A stretch of 57,080 nucleotides of DNA, the filler included, from Chlamydiales bacterium (lineage in GTDB: Bacteria > Chlamydiota > Chlamydiia > Chlamydiales > JACRBE01): NCBI GenBank assembly GCA_016213235.1. It is 4 parts of 4 records of this genome, joined end to end, with 100 filler letters (N's around TTAATTAATTAA, not from the genome) between each part and the next. Parts side by side here need not be neighbours in the genome. Positions count along the whole stretch, not along the records: positions 1 to 5,867 come from JACRBE010000055.1; positions 5,968 to 28,652 come from JACRBE010000008.1; 2 more parts are not named here. The stretch is one strand, 5' to 3'. This document shows, piece after piece, positions 1 through 9,279 of the stretch. Numbering within the stretch: the stretch's first letter is position 1; the number at the start of each line of letters is the position of its first letter. The notes under the pieces are model-generated. The model was given only the letters and a program-made list of their open reading frames with translations. It had not been told where the DNA came from and did not search any database. Both the position numbers and the translations under genes were made by a program.

Positions 1-741
1 CAGATGAAAGAAGTGTTTCAAGATGAAATGCAAAGCGTTGGTGGTAGTAGCGTTACCATGCTCTGTATTGATTTTGCAATCTGGCTTGGATGTAATCCAA
101 TTTGTTTAGTGGGTGTTGATTTAGCATATAAGGATAACAAAAAATATATCGATGGAGCTCCTGTAGATCAGATGATGGATGCATTTTTAGAAGAGGGAAA
201 AGATACTCATATTATCGTAGATGAGGGAGTCGTAACATATAAAAAATCACCAGGGAAAAATATCCTCACACAAAATAGATGGATCATGGAAGCAGAGGAA
301 ATTGAAGATAAGGCAAAGAAATATCCGTCTATTCAGTGGATGAATTTAAATGAAGAAGGACTTGGATTTTCTCATATTCCTTTCGTGTCCTTTAAGCAGA
401 TAAAGGAGCATTATTTTTCTAATACATATGATTTAGATGGAATAATGCACATGCTCTTTCAACAGGCGCCTACATGTACAGCAATATCTATAAAGGATCA
501 GCTCTCTTTATTAAAAGAGAGCTTTTATCGAATAAAAGTAATTTATGGGGAATGCTTAGTAAGCAATGCAATATCAGACTCGGCCCAATATCAGCTAGAT
601 GAAGAGATAGGATACTTGTTATTTCTCAGTCCACTGGAAAAAATATTAAAAAATAAAAGGCTTTTTGGGTATTCTTCTAAAAAAATCCATGCGCTTTTAT
701 TGGAAAAAATCGGGCAATTAATCTCGATAATGGAGCCTTAA
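1..741 (+). CDS. DUF115/MAF_flag10 (MptE-like, motility-associated factor) family protein, C-terminal part; 5' end outside window
   Basis: Frame open from position 1; motif GGSSVTMLCIDFAIWLGCNPICLVGVDLAY matches the GxSV...A..LG...I.LVG.DLAY signature of this family. Confidence 0.7.
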   Translation, partial: QMKEVFQDEMQSVGGSSVTMLCIDFAIWLGCNPICLVGVDLAYKDNKKYIDGAPVDQMMDAFLEEGKDTHIIVDEGVVTYKKSPGKNILTQNRWIMEAEEIEDKAKKYPSIQWMNLNEEGLGFSHIPFVSFKQIKEHYFSNTYDLDGIMHMLFQQAPTCTAISIKDQLSLLKESFYRIKVIYGECLVSNAISDSAQYQLDEEIGYLLFLSPLEKILKNKRLFGYSSKKIHALLLEKIGQLISIMEP

Positions 742-1548
742 GTGAGTTTAGTATGGAATGGTAAGTTGAGTCATATTGATGTGACAATTCATGCGCTCCC
801 TGCATTAGCAGATAATTATATTTTTATGCTTGTTTGGGAAAACAAGGGGATTTGTATTGATCCAGGCGAGGCAAAACCTGTAATAGAGTTTGTAAAACAA
901 TATGACTTGGAATTAACAGCTATCTTTATTACACATCACCATGCAGATCATATGAATGGAGTAGCAGAATTAGTAGAGAAATTTGATACCAATGTACTTG
1001 GTCCTATTCATGAAAGTCTTGGATGTGTGCAGCAAATGGTAAACCCGGATGATGAATTGATTACAGGTCCATTTATTATTAAAGTACTTGCTGTTTCAGG
1101 ACATACTAAGGAACATGTTGCCTATTACTTTACAGAAAAACATTTACTATTTTCTGGAGACCTTGTTTTTGGTGGGGGATGTGGTAGAGTAGTAGATGGC
1201 ACAGTAGAAGAACTCTTTTCATCGATTAAAGCTGTAGCCCATTTACCAAAAGATACAAAAATCTTTTTTGCTCATGAATACACATTAAATAATTTATCCT
1301 TTGCTAAAACAATTGATCCGGAAAATAAGATGTTGGATCAAAGATATAAAGAAGAAGAAAGACGTTTTTCTTTACATGAACCGACGGTCCCTACGACTCT
1401 AGAAGTAGAATTTCACACTAATCCATTTTTTAGAGTAAAGGAACATAGCATCAGAAAAGTGCTGCAAATGGAAAGTGCTCCAGATTTGGAAGTGTTTGCA
1501 AAAATACGTCTATTGAAAGATCAATATGGAAAAAAAATCACACCTTAA
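742..1548 (+). CDS. gloB: Hydroxyacylglutathione hydrolase (glyoxalase II), metallo-beta-lactamase fold
   Basis: DNYIF, THHHADH, GHTKEH, FSGDLVFGGGCGR, AHEYT and NPF motifs. Confidence 0.92.
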   Translation: MSLVWNGKLSHIDVTIHALPALADNYIFMLVWENKGICIDPGEAKPVIEFVKQYDLELTAIFITHHHADHMNGVAELVEKFDTNVLGPIHESLGCVQQMVNPDDELITGPFIIKVLAVSGHTKEHVAYYFTEKHLLFSGDLVFGGGCGRVVDGTVEELFSSIKAVAHLPKDTKIFFAHEYTLNNLSFAKTIDPENKMLDQRYKEEERRFSLHEPTVPTTLEVEFHTNPFFRVKEHSIRKVLQMESAPDLEVFAKIRLLKDQYGKKITP

Positions 1549-1574
1549 CTTATTAATATTTTCAGGTTAAAGAT

Positions 1575-2408
1575 TTGAAAGCAAATACATACTTAAAGCT
1601 AAGTTATAACTTTTTATTATTGTTATTATGCGCATGTTCTGGACTGGAACAATCGCAAAATGAAAGGATCAAGCGCAATAATGAAGTCGAAGAATTCATT
1701 TATCGCAATGATAACGAAAAAGTATATCCTGATGTTGTATGGATTGTTCAAGAGAGAGAAAAGTATCCTTGGGAAGAAGAATATCTTGGAACAATTCCAA
1801 AAATTACAAAGGAGTATTTTCGTTGCAAAGGTAAGTCTGATAATAAAGAGCAGATAAGATACAACAAGAATAGTCAGCCAGTGTATTATCATGATTGCGG
1901 CGGTGTAGAAAAACATAGCTTGCCACTCATGGACGATAAAGAATTTATCTATCCTGTTTTGATCAATATTCTTAATTATATCCAACAAGAATCAAATAAA
2001 AGAGTGGTTATTACTTGTGGACATCGTTGCCCAAAACATAATCTCTATGCTGATAAAGTAGATGCTAGTCAACGCTCTAAACATCAGGTTGGTGCAGAGG
2101 TCGATTTTTATGTAGAAGGCTTGGAAAGGCAGCCAAAGCAGGTAATAGAGATGATCCAAAATTTTTATCAGCAAGATTCTTTTTACAAAGATAAAAGAGA
2201 GTTCACACATTTTTTTGAAAATAAAGAAAAGAAAAATTGGTATAACAAAGAAATCGTGGTGCGTCTTTCAGAAGAGGATGAAAATAGAGATTTTGATAAT
2301 AGGCATCCCTATCCCTATCTTACCATTGAGATAAAATACGATATTATTACGGGTAAACCACTGCAATACAACTGGCAAAAAGCGCTAAATGGTTATATGA
2401 GATGGTAA
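1575..2408 (+). CDS. Predicted lipoprotein with peptidase M15A-like (Zn D-Ala-D-Ala peptidase) domain
   Basis: Lipobox-like LLLCAC|S; ITCGHRCPKHN...SKHQVGAEVDF resembles the M15A SGYR.P..N...S.H..G.A.D motif. Confidence 0.65.
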   Translation: MKANTYLKLSYNFLLLLLCACSGLEQSQNERIKRNNEVEEFIYRNDNEKVYPDVVWIVQEREKYPWEEEYLGTIPKITKEYFRCKGKSDNKEQIRYNKNSQPVYYHDCGGVEKHSLPLMDDKEFIYPVLINILNYIQQESNKRVVITCGHRCPKHNLYADKVDASQRSKHQVGAEVDFYVEGLERQPKQVIEMIQNFYQQDSFYKDKREFTHFFENKEKKNWYNKEIVVRLSEEDENRDFDNRHPYPYLTIEIKYDIITGKPLQYNWQKALNGYMRW

Positions 2409-2428
2409 GTTAATCATGACTATACAAT

Positions 2429-2455
2429 AAAAAAGGCAGATGATCTATCTGCCTT
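2429..2455 (-). terminator. Intrinsic terminator of the 2491-3507 gene
   Basis: Perfect 9-bp stem AAGGCAGAT-gatct-ATCTGCCTT followed by a T-run on the minus strand. Confidence 0.8.
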
Positions 2456-2490
2456 AAAAAACATTTTACTAGCTGGAGGGTTTTTCCCTT

Positions 2491-3507
2491 TTATTTTCTC
2501 TCACTAAGGAAGCGAGAAGCATTAGGAGGGGGAGATATAGGACGATAGAATCTTACTGGAGTGGTAGTGTTAGATGGATTTATGTCTAACTCATAGCCAG
2601 CCTCTTCAAGTTCTCTTTTGACCCCTGCCGTAGTCCTACAATAGTTGTCATAATTATCGCTTTCGTCTGCTTCCATAGAACTAAGTACAATAACAAGAGC
2701 AGTAAGAAGAGTTTCTAACTGGAGAAAATAAGGGTGCACTGTACGAAGCTTATCAAGCACATAGACGGAAGGGGAGGTCTCTCCTCTGGATGCCAAACAT
2801 TGTATTGCCTTACCTAGTGGATCTTTTAGAGGAGGAAGGATTGTTAAAGCGCAGCATGCTATGTTATAACGACTATCATCTATTAACTCTGGTAGGATGA
2901 GACCTATCTTGTATTCATAATAACTGCGTCTATCAAGATCTTGAGACAGGGTAGTTAGATCAAGACTTCCAAGGTCGTTAGCAATTTCTGCTAGAGCTGT
3001 TTTAGAAGCAGCATTTTCTTCGAGACTCTGTATAGAGCGCATGGGAATTAATGTTGCATCCAGTCTAGCATAAAGGGCTTCTTCAGGCTTGTTATCATAG
3101 CAGCAAGAGCAGCAAAATAAAGCGCTAAAAATAACCACCACAGCATCCCATACTTTCTTAGCTAACCAACACAAACAACAATCATCACTGTTATCTGGCT
3201 CATCGCCTTCCAGATATGGCGATGCGCTGGCAGTTAAGTGGGTGAAAGTTGGATCGGGAAAACCCCCGCTTCTCGGATTATGGGCGTCCGGATATGAAGG
3301 TGTGCGTTGCGTCAAGTCTCTTGCACGATCCGTGTCGATAGAAGAAAAAGAACTTTGACCATATGGAGGAGGTACGGAGGGCATTGAGCTCCAAGTAGCG
3401 AATGGTGATGGATCCCTGGTAGACGGGTCCAAGGAGCTTGTATTACCCATATCGGTAGAATGATCATAGGATCTTGAATAAGGATCCGCTCTATGTGCTC
3501 TATCCAT
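2491..3507 (-). CDS. Hypothetical Cys-rich membrane-anchored protein, putative secreted effector (paralog A)
   Basis: 338-aa ORF with AGAGGA Shine-Dalgarno; S/P-rich N-terminus; DDCCLCWLAKKVWDAVVVIFSALFCCSCC segment. Confidence 0.8.
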   Translation of the reverse strand: MDRAHRADPYSRSYDHSTDMGNTSSLDPSTRDPSPFATWSSMPSVPPPYGQSSFSSIDTDRARDLTQRTPSYPDAHNPRSGGFPDPTFTHLTASASPYLEGDEPDNSDDCCLCWLAKKVWDAVVVIFSALFCCSCCYDNKPEEALYARLDATLIPMRSIQSLEENAASKTALAEIANDLGSLDLTTLSQDLDRRSYYEYKIGLILPELIDDSRYNIACCALTILPPLKDPLGKAIQCLASRGETSPSVYVLDKLRTVHPYFLQLETLLTALVIVLSSMEADESDNYDNYCRTTAGVKRELEEAGYELDINPSNTTTPVRFYRPISPPPNASRFLSERK

Positions 3508-3551
3508 AAAATTTCCTCTTTTTTATTTAAAGATTTATGATTTTGACATGA

Positions 3552-3579
3552 ATTATAAACAGAAACTATTTTTAATCAA
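3552..3579 (-). promoter_or_regulatory. Sigma66/sigma70-type promoter of paralog A
   Basis: TTGATT-16-TATAAT on the minus strand; both hexamers conserved in the duplicated copy. Confidence 0.6.
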
Positions 3580-3679
3580 TGCAAATAACATGGTTATATA
3601 TTCTTAATATTATCGCTATTGCACTAGAATGGTAAGGAATAGTTTTAATTATATGTTTGATAGAATCACTTCATTTAAT

Positions 3680-3706
3680 AAAAAAGGCAGATGATCTATC
3701 TGCCTT
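3680..3706 (-). terminator. Intrinsic terminator of the 3739-4722 gene
   Basis: Identical hairpin AAGGCAGAT-gatct-ATCTGCCTT plus T-run on the minus strand. Confidence 0.8.
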
Positions 3707-3738
3707 AAAAAACATTCTATGAGCTGGAAGAGAATGCA

Positions 3739-4722
3739 TTATCCCTCATTAGGTAACGTATCAAGGGGAAAAGGGAGATCGAATTCTACGTAACCAATTG
3801 GATCAATTAGAAAATCATAAGACTTCATACGATATCCATTACATTGAAGAATTTCTTCGATTTGTGACCAAGCATTCTTAAATTCTTCGCCAGATGTTGT
3901 CTCTTCCATGCTTCTATCAAATTGCATAGACTCAAGTGCAGTAAAAAGAGTTTCTAACTGGAGAAAATAAGGATGTACTGTAGCGTTTCTTTTATCATCA
4001 AAAATATACACATTATCAGGCTTTTCTGTAGACTGCAACAATTGTGTTGCCTTACCAATTGGATCTTCTAGAGGTGGTAAAAGCGCTTTCGAGGCATCAA
4101 TTACTTGAGAGGTATCTACTAGACTCCCAAATAATGCTTTATACGCATTTAGGAGCATCCTTATTTTGTTTTCATAACAACTACGTCTATCAAGATCTTG
4201 AGACAGGGTAGTTAGATCAAGACTTACAAGTTCTTTAGCAATTTCTTTTAGAGTGTTTGCAAGAGCAAACCTAGTATTATCACTAAAAACATAAAGCGGA
4301 TTATTCAAGGGAATTAACGCTTCATCCAGTCTAGCATAAATGGCTTCTTCAGGCTTGTTATCATAGCAGCAAGAGCAGCAAAATAAAGCGCTAAAAATAA
4401 CTACCACAGCATTCCATACTTTCTTAGCTAACCAACACAAACAACAATCATCACTGTTATCTGGCTCATCGCCATCCAGATCTGGCAATGCGCTGCCAGT
4501 TAAGTGGGTGAAAGAAGGATTTGATTGCTCCCGGTCTCTTGGACGATCCGTGTCGATGGAAGGAAAACAACTTGGAACATATGGAGCAGGGTCCACTGGG
4601 CTCAAAGAAACAGGTGGTAATGGGTCTGGAAATCTGGTAGGTGCTCTCCCCAAGGTATTACCCTCATCGGTGGGATAATGGTAGGGTCCTGAATAAGAAC
4701 TCGTTGCAGTTGTGCTCTCCAT
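3739..4722 (-). CDS. Hypothetical Cys-rich membrane-anchored protein, putative secreted effector (paralog B)
   Basis: 327-aa ORF sharing the Cys-rich hydrophobic segment, SLDLTTLSQDLDRRS and TVHPYFLQLETL with paralog A. Confidence 0.8.
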   Translation of the reverse strand: MESTTATSSYSGPYHYPTDEGNTLGRAPTRFPDPLPPVSLSPVDPAPYVPSCFPSIDTDRPRDREQSNPSFTHLTGSALPDLDGDEPDNSDDCCLCWLAKKVWNAVVVIFSALFCCSCCYDNKPEEAIYARLDEALIPLNNPLYVFSDNTRFALANTLKEIAKELVSLDLTTLSQDLDRRSCYENKIRMLLNAYKALFGSLVDTSQVIDASKALLPPLEDPIGKATQLLQSTEKPDNVYIFDDKRNATVHPYFLQLETLFTALESMQFDRSMEETTSGEEFKNAWSQIEEILQCNGYRMKSYDFLIDPIGYVEFDLPFPLDTLPNEG

Positions 4723-4766
4723 AAAATTTCCTCTTTTTTATTTAAAGATTTATGATTTTGATATGG

Positions 4767-4794
4767 ATTATAAATCGAAACTATTTTTAATCAA
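4767..4794 (-). promoter_or_regulatory. Sigma66/sigma70-type promoter of paralog B
   Basis: TTGATT-16-TATAAT on the minus strand. Confidence 0.6.
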
Positions 4795-4953
4795 TACAAA
4801 TAAAATGGTTACATATTCTTAATATTATTGCTATTGTACTGGAATAGTAAGAAATAATTTTAATTAGGCCCTTTCAACCGCGAAGTTCTCTAGCCAGGCT
4901 TTTTGTGCAACAAGGTGAGTAAAAAATAAAATAGGCCAGATGCAAAAAATTTC

Positions 4954-5643
4954 TTATATGAGAGGATGATCTAAAACTTCTAATAAAGAAGAAAAATGCA
5001 TGGTTTTGTGTGTGTCTATTTCTGCTAAACCCGGATGCTCATGATCGCAGATCAACACAGGAAAAATAGATGTCTTTTCAAGAGCTGCAAGCCCTTTAAT
5101 CGTATCTTCAAATCCAATAAGCCGGTGGTTGTTTTTTGTAAATCGTTCAATTCCCATTTGATAACCTTGGGGGTCAGGTTTTGGTCTCTGATAATCAGCC
5201 CTAGTAATCCAAAATGGAATTTCCTTAAGTATTGGTAGTAACTCTTTGATAATTTCAATATGGTTTTGCGGGGAATTGGTTACGACACATGATTGTTTTT
5301 TTGTCTGTTTTAGATAAGTTAGTATTTCCTTTACACCACTCATCAGCTGTAGTTGATTAGATCTAATCAGCTGTTCATAGATGAAGATTTTTTTTTGACG
5401 TATATGTTCCCAATTGCTCTCTTTTATTTTTAGCATGGGAATCGCTGCATAAACAGCATCTCTTAGCGCTTCTGTGGACTTATGGCCATATTTACAATAG
5501 GTGAGAAAATCCCATGATAAAGAGTATCCGAACTCTTCTACCATTTTTTTGTAAGCAAGGTAATGAAGCTGTTCTGTATTTACTAAAAGACCATCAAAAT
5601 CAAAAAAGAAAAAATCGAAATCATCTAACCAATGTTTTTGCAT
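4954..5643 (-). CDS. HAD-superfamily phosphatase (beta-phosphoglucomutase-like)
   Basis: Motif I FDFDGLLVNTE, motif II VVTNS, KPDP, motif IV FEDT. Confidence 0.88.
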   Translation of the reverse strand: MQKHWLDDFDFFFFDFDGLLVNTEQLHYLAYKKMVEEFGYSLSWDFLTYCKYGHKSTEALRDAVYAAIPMLKIKESNWEHIRQKKIFIYEQLIRSNQLQLMSGVKEILTYLKQTKKQSCVVTNSPQNHIEIIKELLPILKEIPFWITRADYQRPKPDPQGYQMGIERFTKNNHRLIGFEDTIKGLAALEKTSIFPVLICDHEHPGLAEIDTHKTMHFSSLLEVLDHPLI

Positions 5644-5743
5644 TACACCATCTCAAGTTTTTTACTATTTTAGCTGATAGATGATTGAAAATCTATGATT
5701 AATCATGCCAAAAATACAGATGATATCTCCTGACTTCTGCCAT

Positions 5744-5866
5744 TTAGTGCGGTTTTAGGATTTGAGCAAGTCCGCTTTCATTAAAATCAACAATGTTGGT
5801 TTGCAATGTAATGCATTTCCCCGTCAGCGTGTCTTGAATGTGTGCCTCTTGAACGTTCCAAAGAAT
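5744..5866 (-). CDS. Possible 3' fragment of a gene cut by the contig edge
   Basis: Open frame from the gap reads ILWNVQEAHIQDTLTGKCITLQTNIVDFNESGLAQILKPH*; no recognisable motif. Confidence 0.3.
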   Translation of the reverse strand: MLWNVQEAHIQDTLTGKCITLQTNIVDFNESGLAQILKPH

Positions 5867-5867
5867 A

Positions 5868-5967
5868 NNNNNNNNNNNNNNNNNNNNNNNNNNNNNNNNN
5901 NNNNNNNNNNNTTAATTAATTAANNNNNNNNNNNNNNNNNNNNNNNNNNNNNNNNNNNNNNNNNNNN
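5868..5967. other. Artificial contig-joining spacer
   Basis: 44 N + TTAATTAATTAA (stops in all six frames) + 44 N. Confidence 0.98.
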
Positions 5968-6659
5968 AAATCGCTTTTATCTTCCACATAAATAGAATTT
6001 GCTCCCAAAAAACTTCCACCGGAAAAAGTAGTATTTTGCTTAAAATCAAACCAGCTATTTTTTAATCCCGCATAAGGTGAAAGAATAAAATAGGGACTTA
6101 AAAAAGTCTCTCTACTTAACAAAAAATCAATCGAATTCATTGTTATTTTAGCATTCGAATTTCCCTTTTGCACTGATTTGTTGAATAAATAAATGCTTTT
6201 TGTAGGAATAACAGGGCTTACAACAGTTCCATCAACGTTATTTGATTTGTTTGTGTTAAAGTAAGTATAAAATAAAGTTAAATTCCATCCGTCGTGTGGC
6301 AAATTATATATACCACCTACACGCAACCCAAGGTTCCACCCAAATTTTATATCTTGTGTTTGTCCCTCTATTGGATTTATCCCCAAAGGTAATTTTGCTT
6401 TATAACAAAAGGTTGTTCCATTTGCTCTGGCATGCCAATATAAAAGATCAAATAAAAAGAAAATACTTTCTTTCTCTAAAAACGGGACTCCTGGTGCACA
6501 TACAACCCCCTCCTGCTGATATGCATTTTCTGCAATAATAGACTGTAGTGTTTTTTCCAAACTAAGAGTTTTATTTTCTAAATCGCTTGCAATCAATAGA
6601 TTTCGACAAAAAATAGAAGAGGTCACAATAAGTGATGTAAGAACGATTCGACTACTCAT
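5968..6659 (-). CDS. MOMP-like porin (Legionella Lpg1974/OMP family), 3' end lost at contig edge
   Basis: Signal peptide; DLLYWHARANGTTF, W.LGLRVG...HDGWNL..YTYF; paralog of 6816-7928 (shared NS.YVED.SD). Confidence 0.8.
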
Positions 6660-6757
6660 TTAACCCAGCAGTTTTTTGAGACTTAAATTTTCTTTTTATT
6701 TTGTTTGGCTGAAAAAATCAACGGAAATAGTAATAAAAAAAATTTTAATTTGTAGTA

Positions 6758-6793
6758 AAGAAAAAGGACCGGAGATTGTCCGGTCCTCTTTTT
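6758..6793. terminator. Bidirectional intrinsic terminator downstream of the MOMP-like gene
   Basis: AGGACCGGA-gattg-TCCGGTCCT stem flanked by A-run and T-run. Confidence 0.85.
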
Positions 6794-6815
6794 GAGATTA
6801 GTTCTCTACTCTAGA

Positions 6816-7928
6816 TTAGAAATCCCAACGGAGTTCTAATTTTAAACCGTCGATATAAACATCTTCACTATATCTTCCATATACTAAAGAGTCGTTATCT
6901 TCTAGTCTGAGCATTTGGTTAGCTCTCCAGAAATAAGATGTATCATAACCAAGAGAGATTGCAATATGATGTCTATTATCATCTAAAAATCTCTCGTATA
7001 CTAACCCAAGTCCCATAGCAACTGCTGGAACCATTCTATGAAAGTCAGCATCTAGCTCTATAGAATCATCTTCAACAAGGCTAAAATTTTCTTCATGCTC
7101 TACATCGAAGTTTCCGAAGTATAGTACTCCTGATACATCTGTGTATACGCTAAATCCATAACCAAGATGGAGTTTACCACTTAATCCAGCAACAGGACCA
7201 ATTCCCCAGAAATCGCTCTCATCTTCTACGTAAACAGAGTTTACTCTAAGATCTCTACCACCAGAGTAAGTTACATTTTCTTTCAGGTCTAACCATGTAG
7301 AAGTTACCCCTGTAAATGGTCGTAAAGACAATGTTTTGCTAACAAAAAAATCTCTTGCAGCTTGCAATGTCACAGAATTCAATGTAAAGGAAAAGTCTGC
7401 TTCTGCCGTATCTACTTGGTCAAAAGTTCCTGGTCTAACAGCACCAGTTATAAGCATCGCACTTCTAAGTGGAATAACAGTACCATTTAACCCAGCATCC
7501 ATAGAAGAACTTCCAGAACTTCCAAGGTAGGTATACTCTGCATAAAGTTGCCAGTCATCATATGTAGTATCTATACCAATACCAGCAAGCACACCAAAAT
7601 TCCAATTTGGTTTTACATCTTTCATAGTTCCATTTATTGGAAGAACAAAAGCTGGATCATCATCGCTATAAGCGTACTCTGTTCCACCAATTCTTGGGTG
7701 TGCATATAACAAAGCTAGCTCAAGGAACCAGTCTGTTCCGCCTATTACATCTGGGCTTGCAGGAGCAGTTTTTGCACCAAACGTTCCCAATGTGTTTTCT
7801 GTTCTCACTTGAGCCATTTGTTGCTCTAGTTGAGTTACTCGAGAATCCATATCCATTGCTGCGCTGGCAGAAGCAAAAGCAACAGCAGCTAGAGCAATAG
7901 GGATTTTCTTGAATATGTTAGCAGTCAT
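6816..7928 (-). CDS. MOMP-like porin (Lpg1974 family beta-barrel)
   Basis: Ala-rich signal peptide, FWGIGPVAG motif, amphipathic beta-strands, C-terminal LRWDF. Confidence 0.85.
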   Translation of the reverse strand: MTANIFKKIPIALAAVAFASASAAMDMDSRVTQLEQQMAQVRTENTLGTFGAKTAPASPDVIGGTDWFLELALLYAHPRIGGTEYAYSDDDPAFVLPINGTMKDVKPNWNFGVLAGIGIDTTYDDWQLYAEYTYLGSSGSSSMDAGLNGTVIPLRSAMLITGAVRPGTFDQVDTAEADFSFTLNSVTLQAARDFFVSKTLSLRPFTGVTSTWLDLKENVTYSGGRDLRVNSVYVEDESDFWGIGPVAGLSGKLHLGYGFSVYTDVSGVLYFGNFDVEHEENFSLVEDDSIELDADFHRMVPAVAMGLGLVYERFLDDNRHHIAISLGYDTSYFWRANQMLRLEDNDSLVYGRYSEDVYIDGLKLELRWDF

Positions 7929-8183
7929 TTTCTACCTCTTAGGTTTAGCATAACATTAATAAATAGTTGTCTAATTCACCGTATAAACGAATGGGTTTAT
8001 TTTTTTACAATTATTTTTTTTAAAATGAGTTGTTTTACAAAGAGACTGTATGCAGTGGTGGTTCCAGTTTTTTTCACAACTTATTGTTTTTTAGTTTTTT
8101 AAAAACACAAACCCGAAGATACTGTTTTTATTAAAAGGAACAAAAAAATATTTAAATTATTTTGTTTTTTTTATTAATGTGCA

Positions 8184-9170
8184 TTAATTATTCAAACAGT
8201 TTTCGCAAAAAAACGCGGCGCCAAGAAGCGCTGTGTTTTCGTTTAACACTATATTAATAGGGATCTGTGACAAAAACTCTTCAAATCGTCCTTTTCCAAC
8301 AAAGGATGTTAAAAAATCGCTGTTTTTTAATACGGTTAATATTTTAGGGGCGATTCCTCCACCAATAAAAACACCACCGAGCGCCATAAACTTTAATGCG
8401 CAATTCCCCGCTTCCGATCCATATATAGAACAAAAAACTTCCAGGGTTGATCGACAGGCTTTACATTCACCCTTCACTCCAGCTTCTGATATAATTTTTG
8501 GAGGGTCTAATCGTTTTATCTGTTCATCTACATCAGCACATTTAATTTCTCTTTTTGTTTCCGTTAGAAATTGATAAATCTCATAAATACCCCTGCCACA
8601 TAAAACTCTCTCAAAAGAAATATGTGCTCCATACCGCTTCATTAAAAATCGTAAAAGATCTACCTCTAATTCATTTTTCGGAGCAAAATCACAGTGCCCC
8701 CCTTCACAAGCAAAAGGAATATGTTGCTTTCCATTAAAAAAAATACCAGCTTCACCAAGTCCTGTTCCTGCAGATATCAAAGCTTGGTTGCCAACGAGGG
8801 TTTCGACTCCTTTATTAATACAATAAAAATTCTCTTTTGTTAGCATTTTTATACCATAAGCATTTGCTTCTAAATCATTAATGATTGCTCCATACGTAAT
8901 GTTCAATCTTTTACAAACTTCTTTAATGTCCACAACCCATGGCAAGTTTGTTGTTTTACAGATCCCATTTTTTACAGGCCCTGCAATGCCAATACATATT
9001 TTTTCTATTTTTCCTTCAAAATCGGAAAGGAATTCTTGTAGTATGTTTGTTATATTTGGATAATTTTTGCTTGGATATTTCTTATCTTTAATACTTTGTA
9101 GCTTGCAGTTTGTTGACTCATAGATGGCTAGGTGTGTTTTTGTTCCTCCAACATCTGCTGCTAAATACAT
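8184..9170 (-). CDS. glk: Glucokinase
   Basis: ADVGGTKT, GIAGPV, INDLEA, AGTGLGEA, EGGHCDF, GGGIAP. Confidence 0.95.
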   Translation of the reverse strand: MYLAADVGGTKTHLAIYESTNCKLQSIKDKKYPSKNYPNITNILQEFLSDFEGKIEKICIGIAGPVKNGICKTTNLPWVVDIKEVCKRLNITYGAIINDLEANAYGIKMLTKENFYCINKGVETLVGNQALISAGTGLGEAGIFFNGKQHIPFACEGGHCDFAPKNELEVDLLRFLMKRYGAHISFERVLCGRGIYEIYQFLTETKREIKCADVDEQIKRLDPPKIISEAGVKGECKACRSTLEVFCSIYGSEAGNCALKFMALGGVFIGGGIAPKILTVLKNSDFLTSFVGKGRFEEFLSQIPINIVLNENTALLGAAFFCENCLNN

Positions 9171-9279
9171 TTTTTCTCTCCACCTTTATTTTCTAATTTA
9201 ATGAAGAATAGTTTCTTTTTTTTCTATTCTTTTCTTTGTCTTATGCTATGATCAAAAAGTCAAAAACAAGGAGTTTATT

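Larger units (their letters stand above)
2426..3650. repeat. Tandem duplication unit, copy 1 (terminator + gene + upstream region)
   Basis: Terminator, central coding block and about 145 bp upstream of the ATG recur at 3677-4866. Confidence 0.9.
3677..4866. repeat. Tandem duplication unit, copy 2
   Basis: Direct repeat of 2426-3650 with mosaic divergence. Confidence 0.9.

Noticed and set aside
5868..5967. TTAATTAATTAA palindrome within N-runs (also 28697-28708 and 48880-48891)
   Set aside because: Synthetic six-frame stop linker; not biological, and adjacency across these gaps cannot be interpreted
5916..6659. Apparent pseudogenes (this porin, serS, malQ, ABC permease, autotransporter)
   Set aside because: All are cut exactly at contig edges; no internal stops or frameshifts seen
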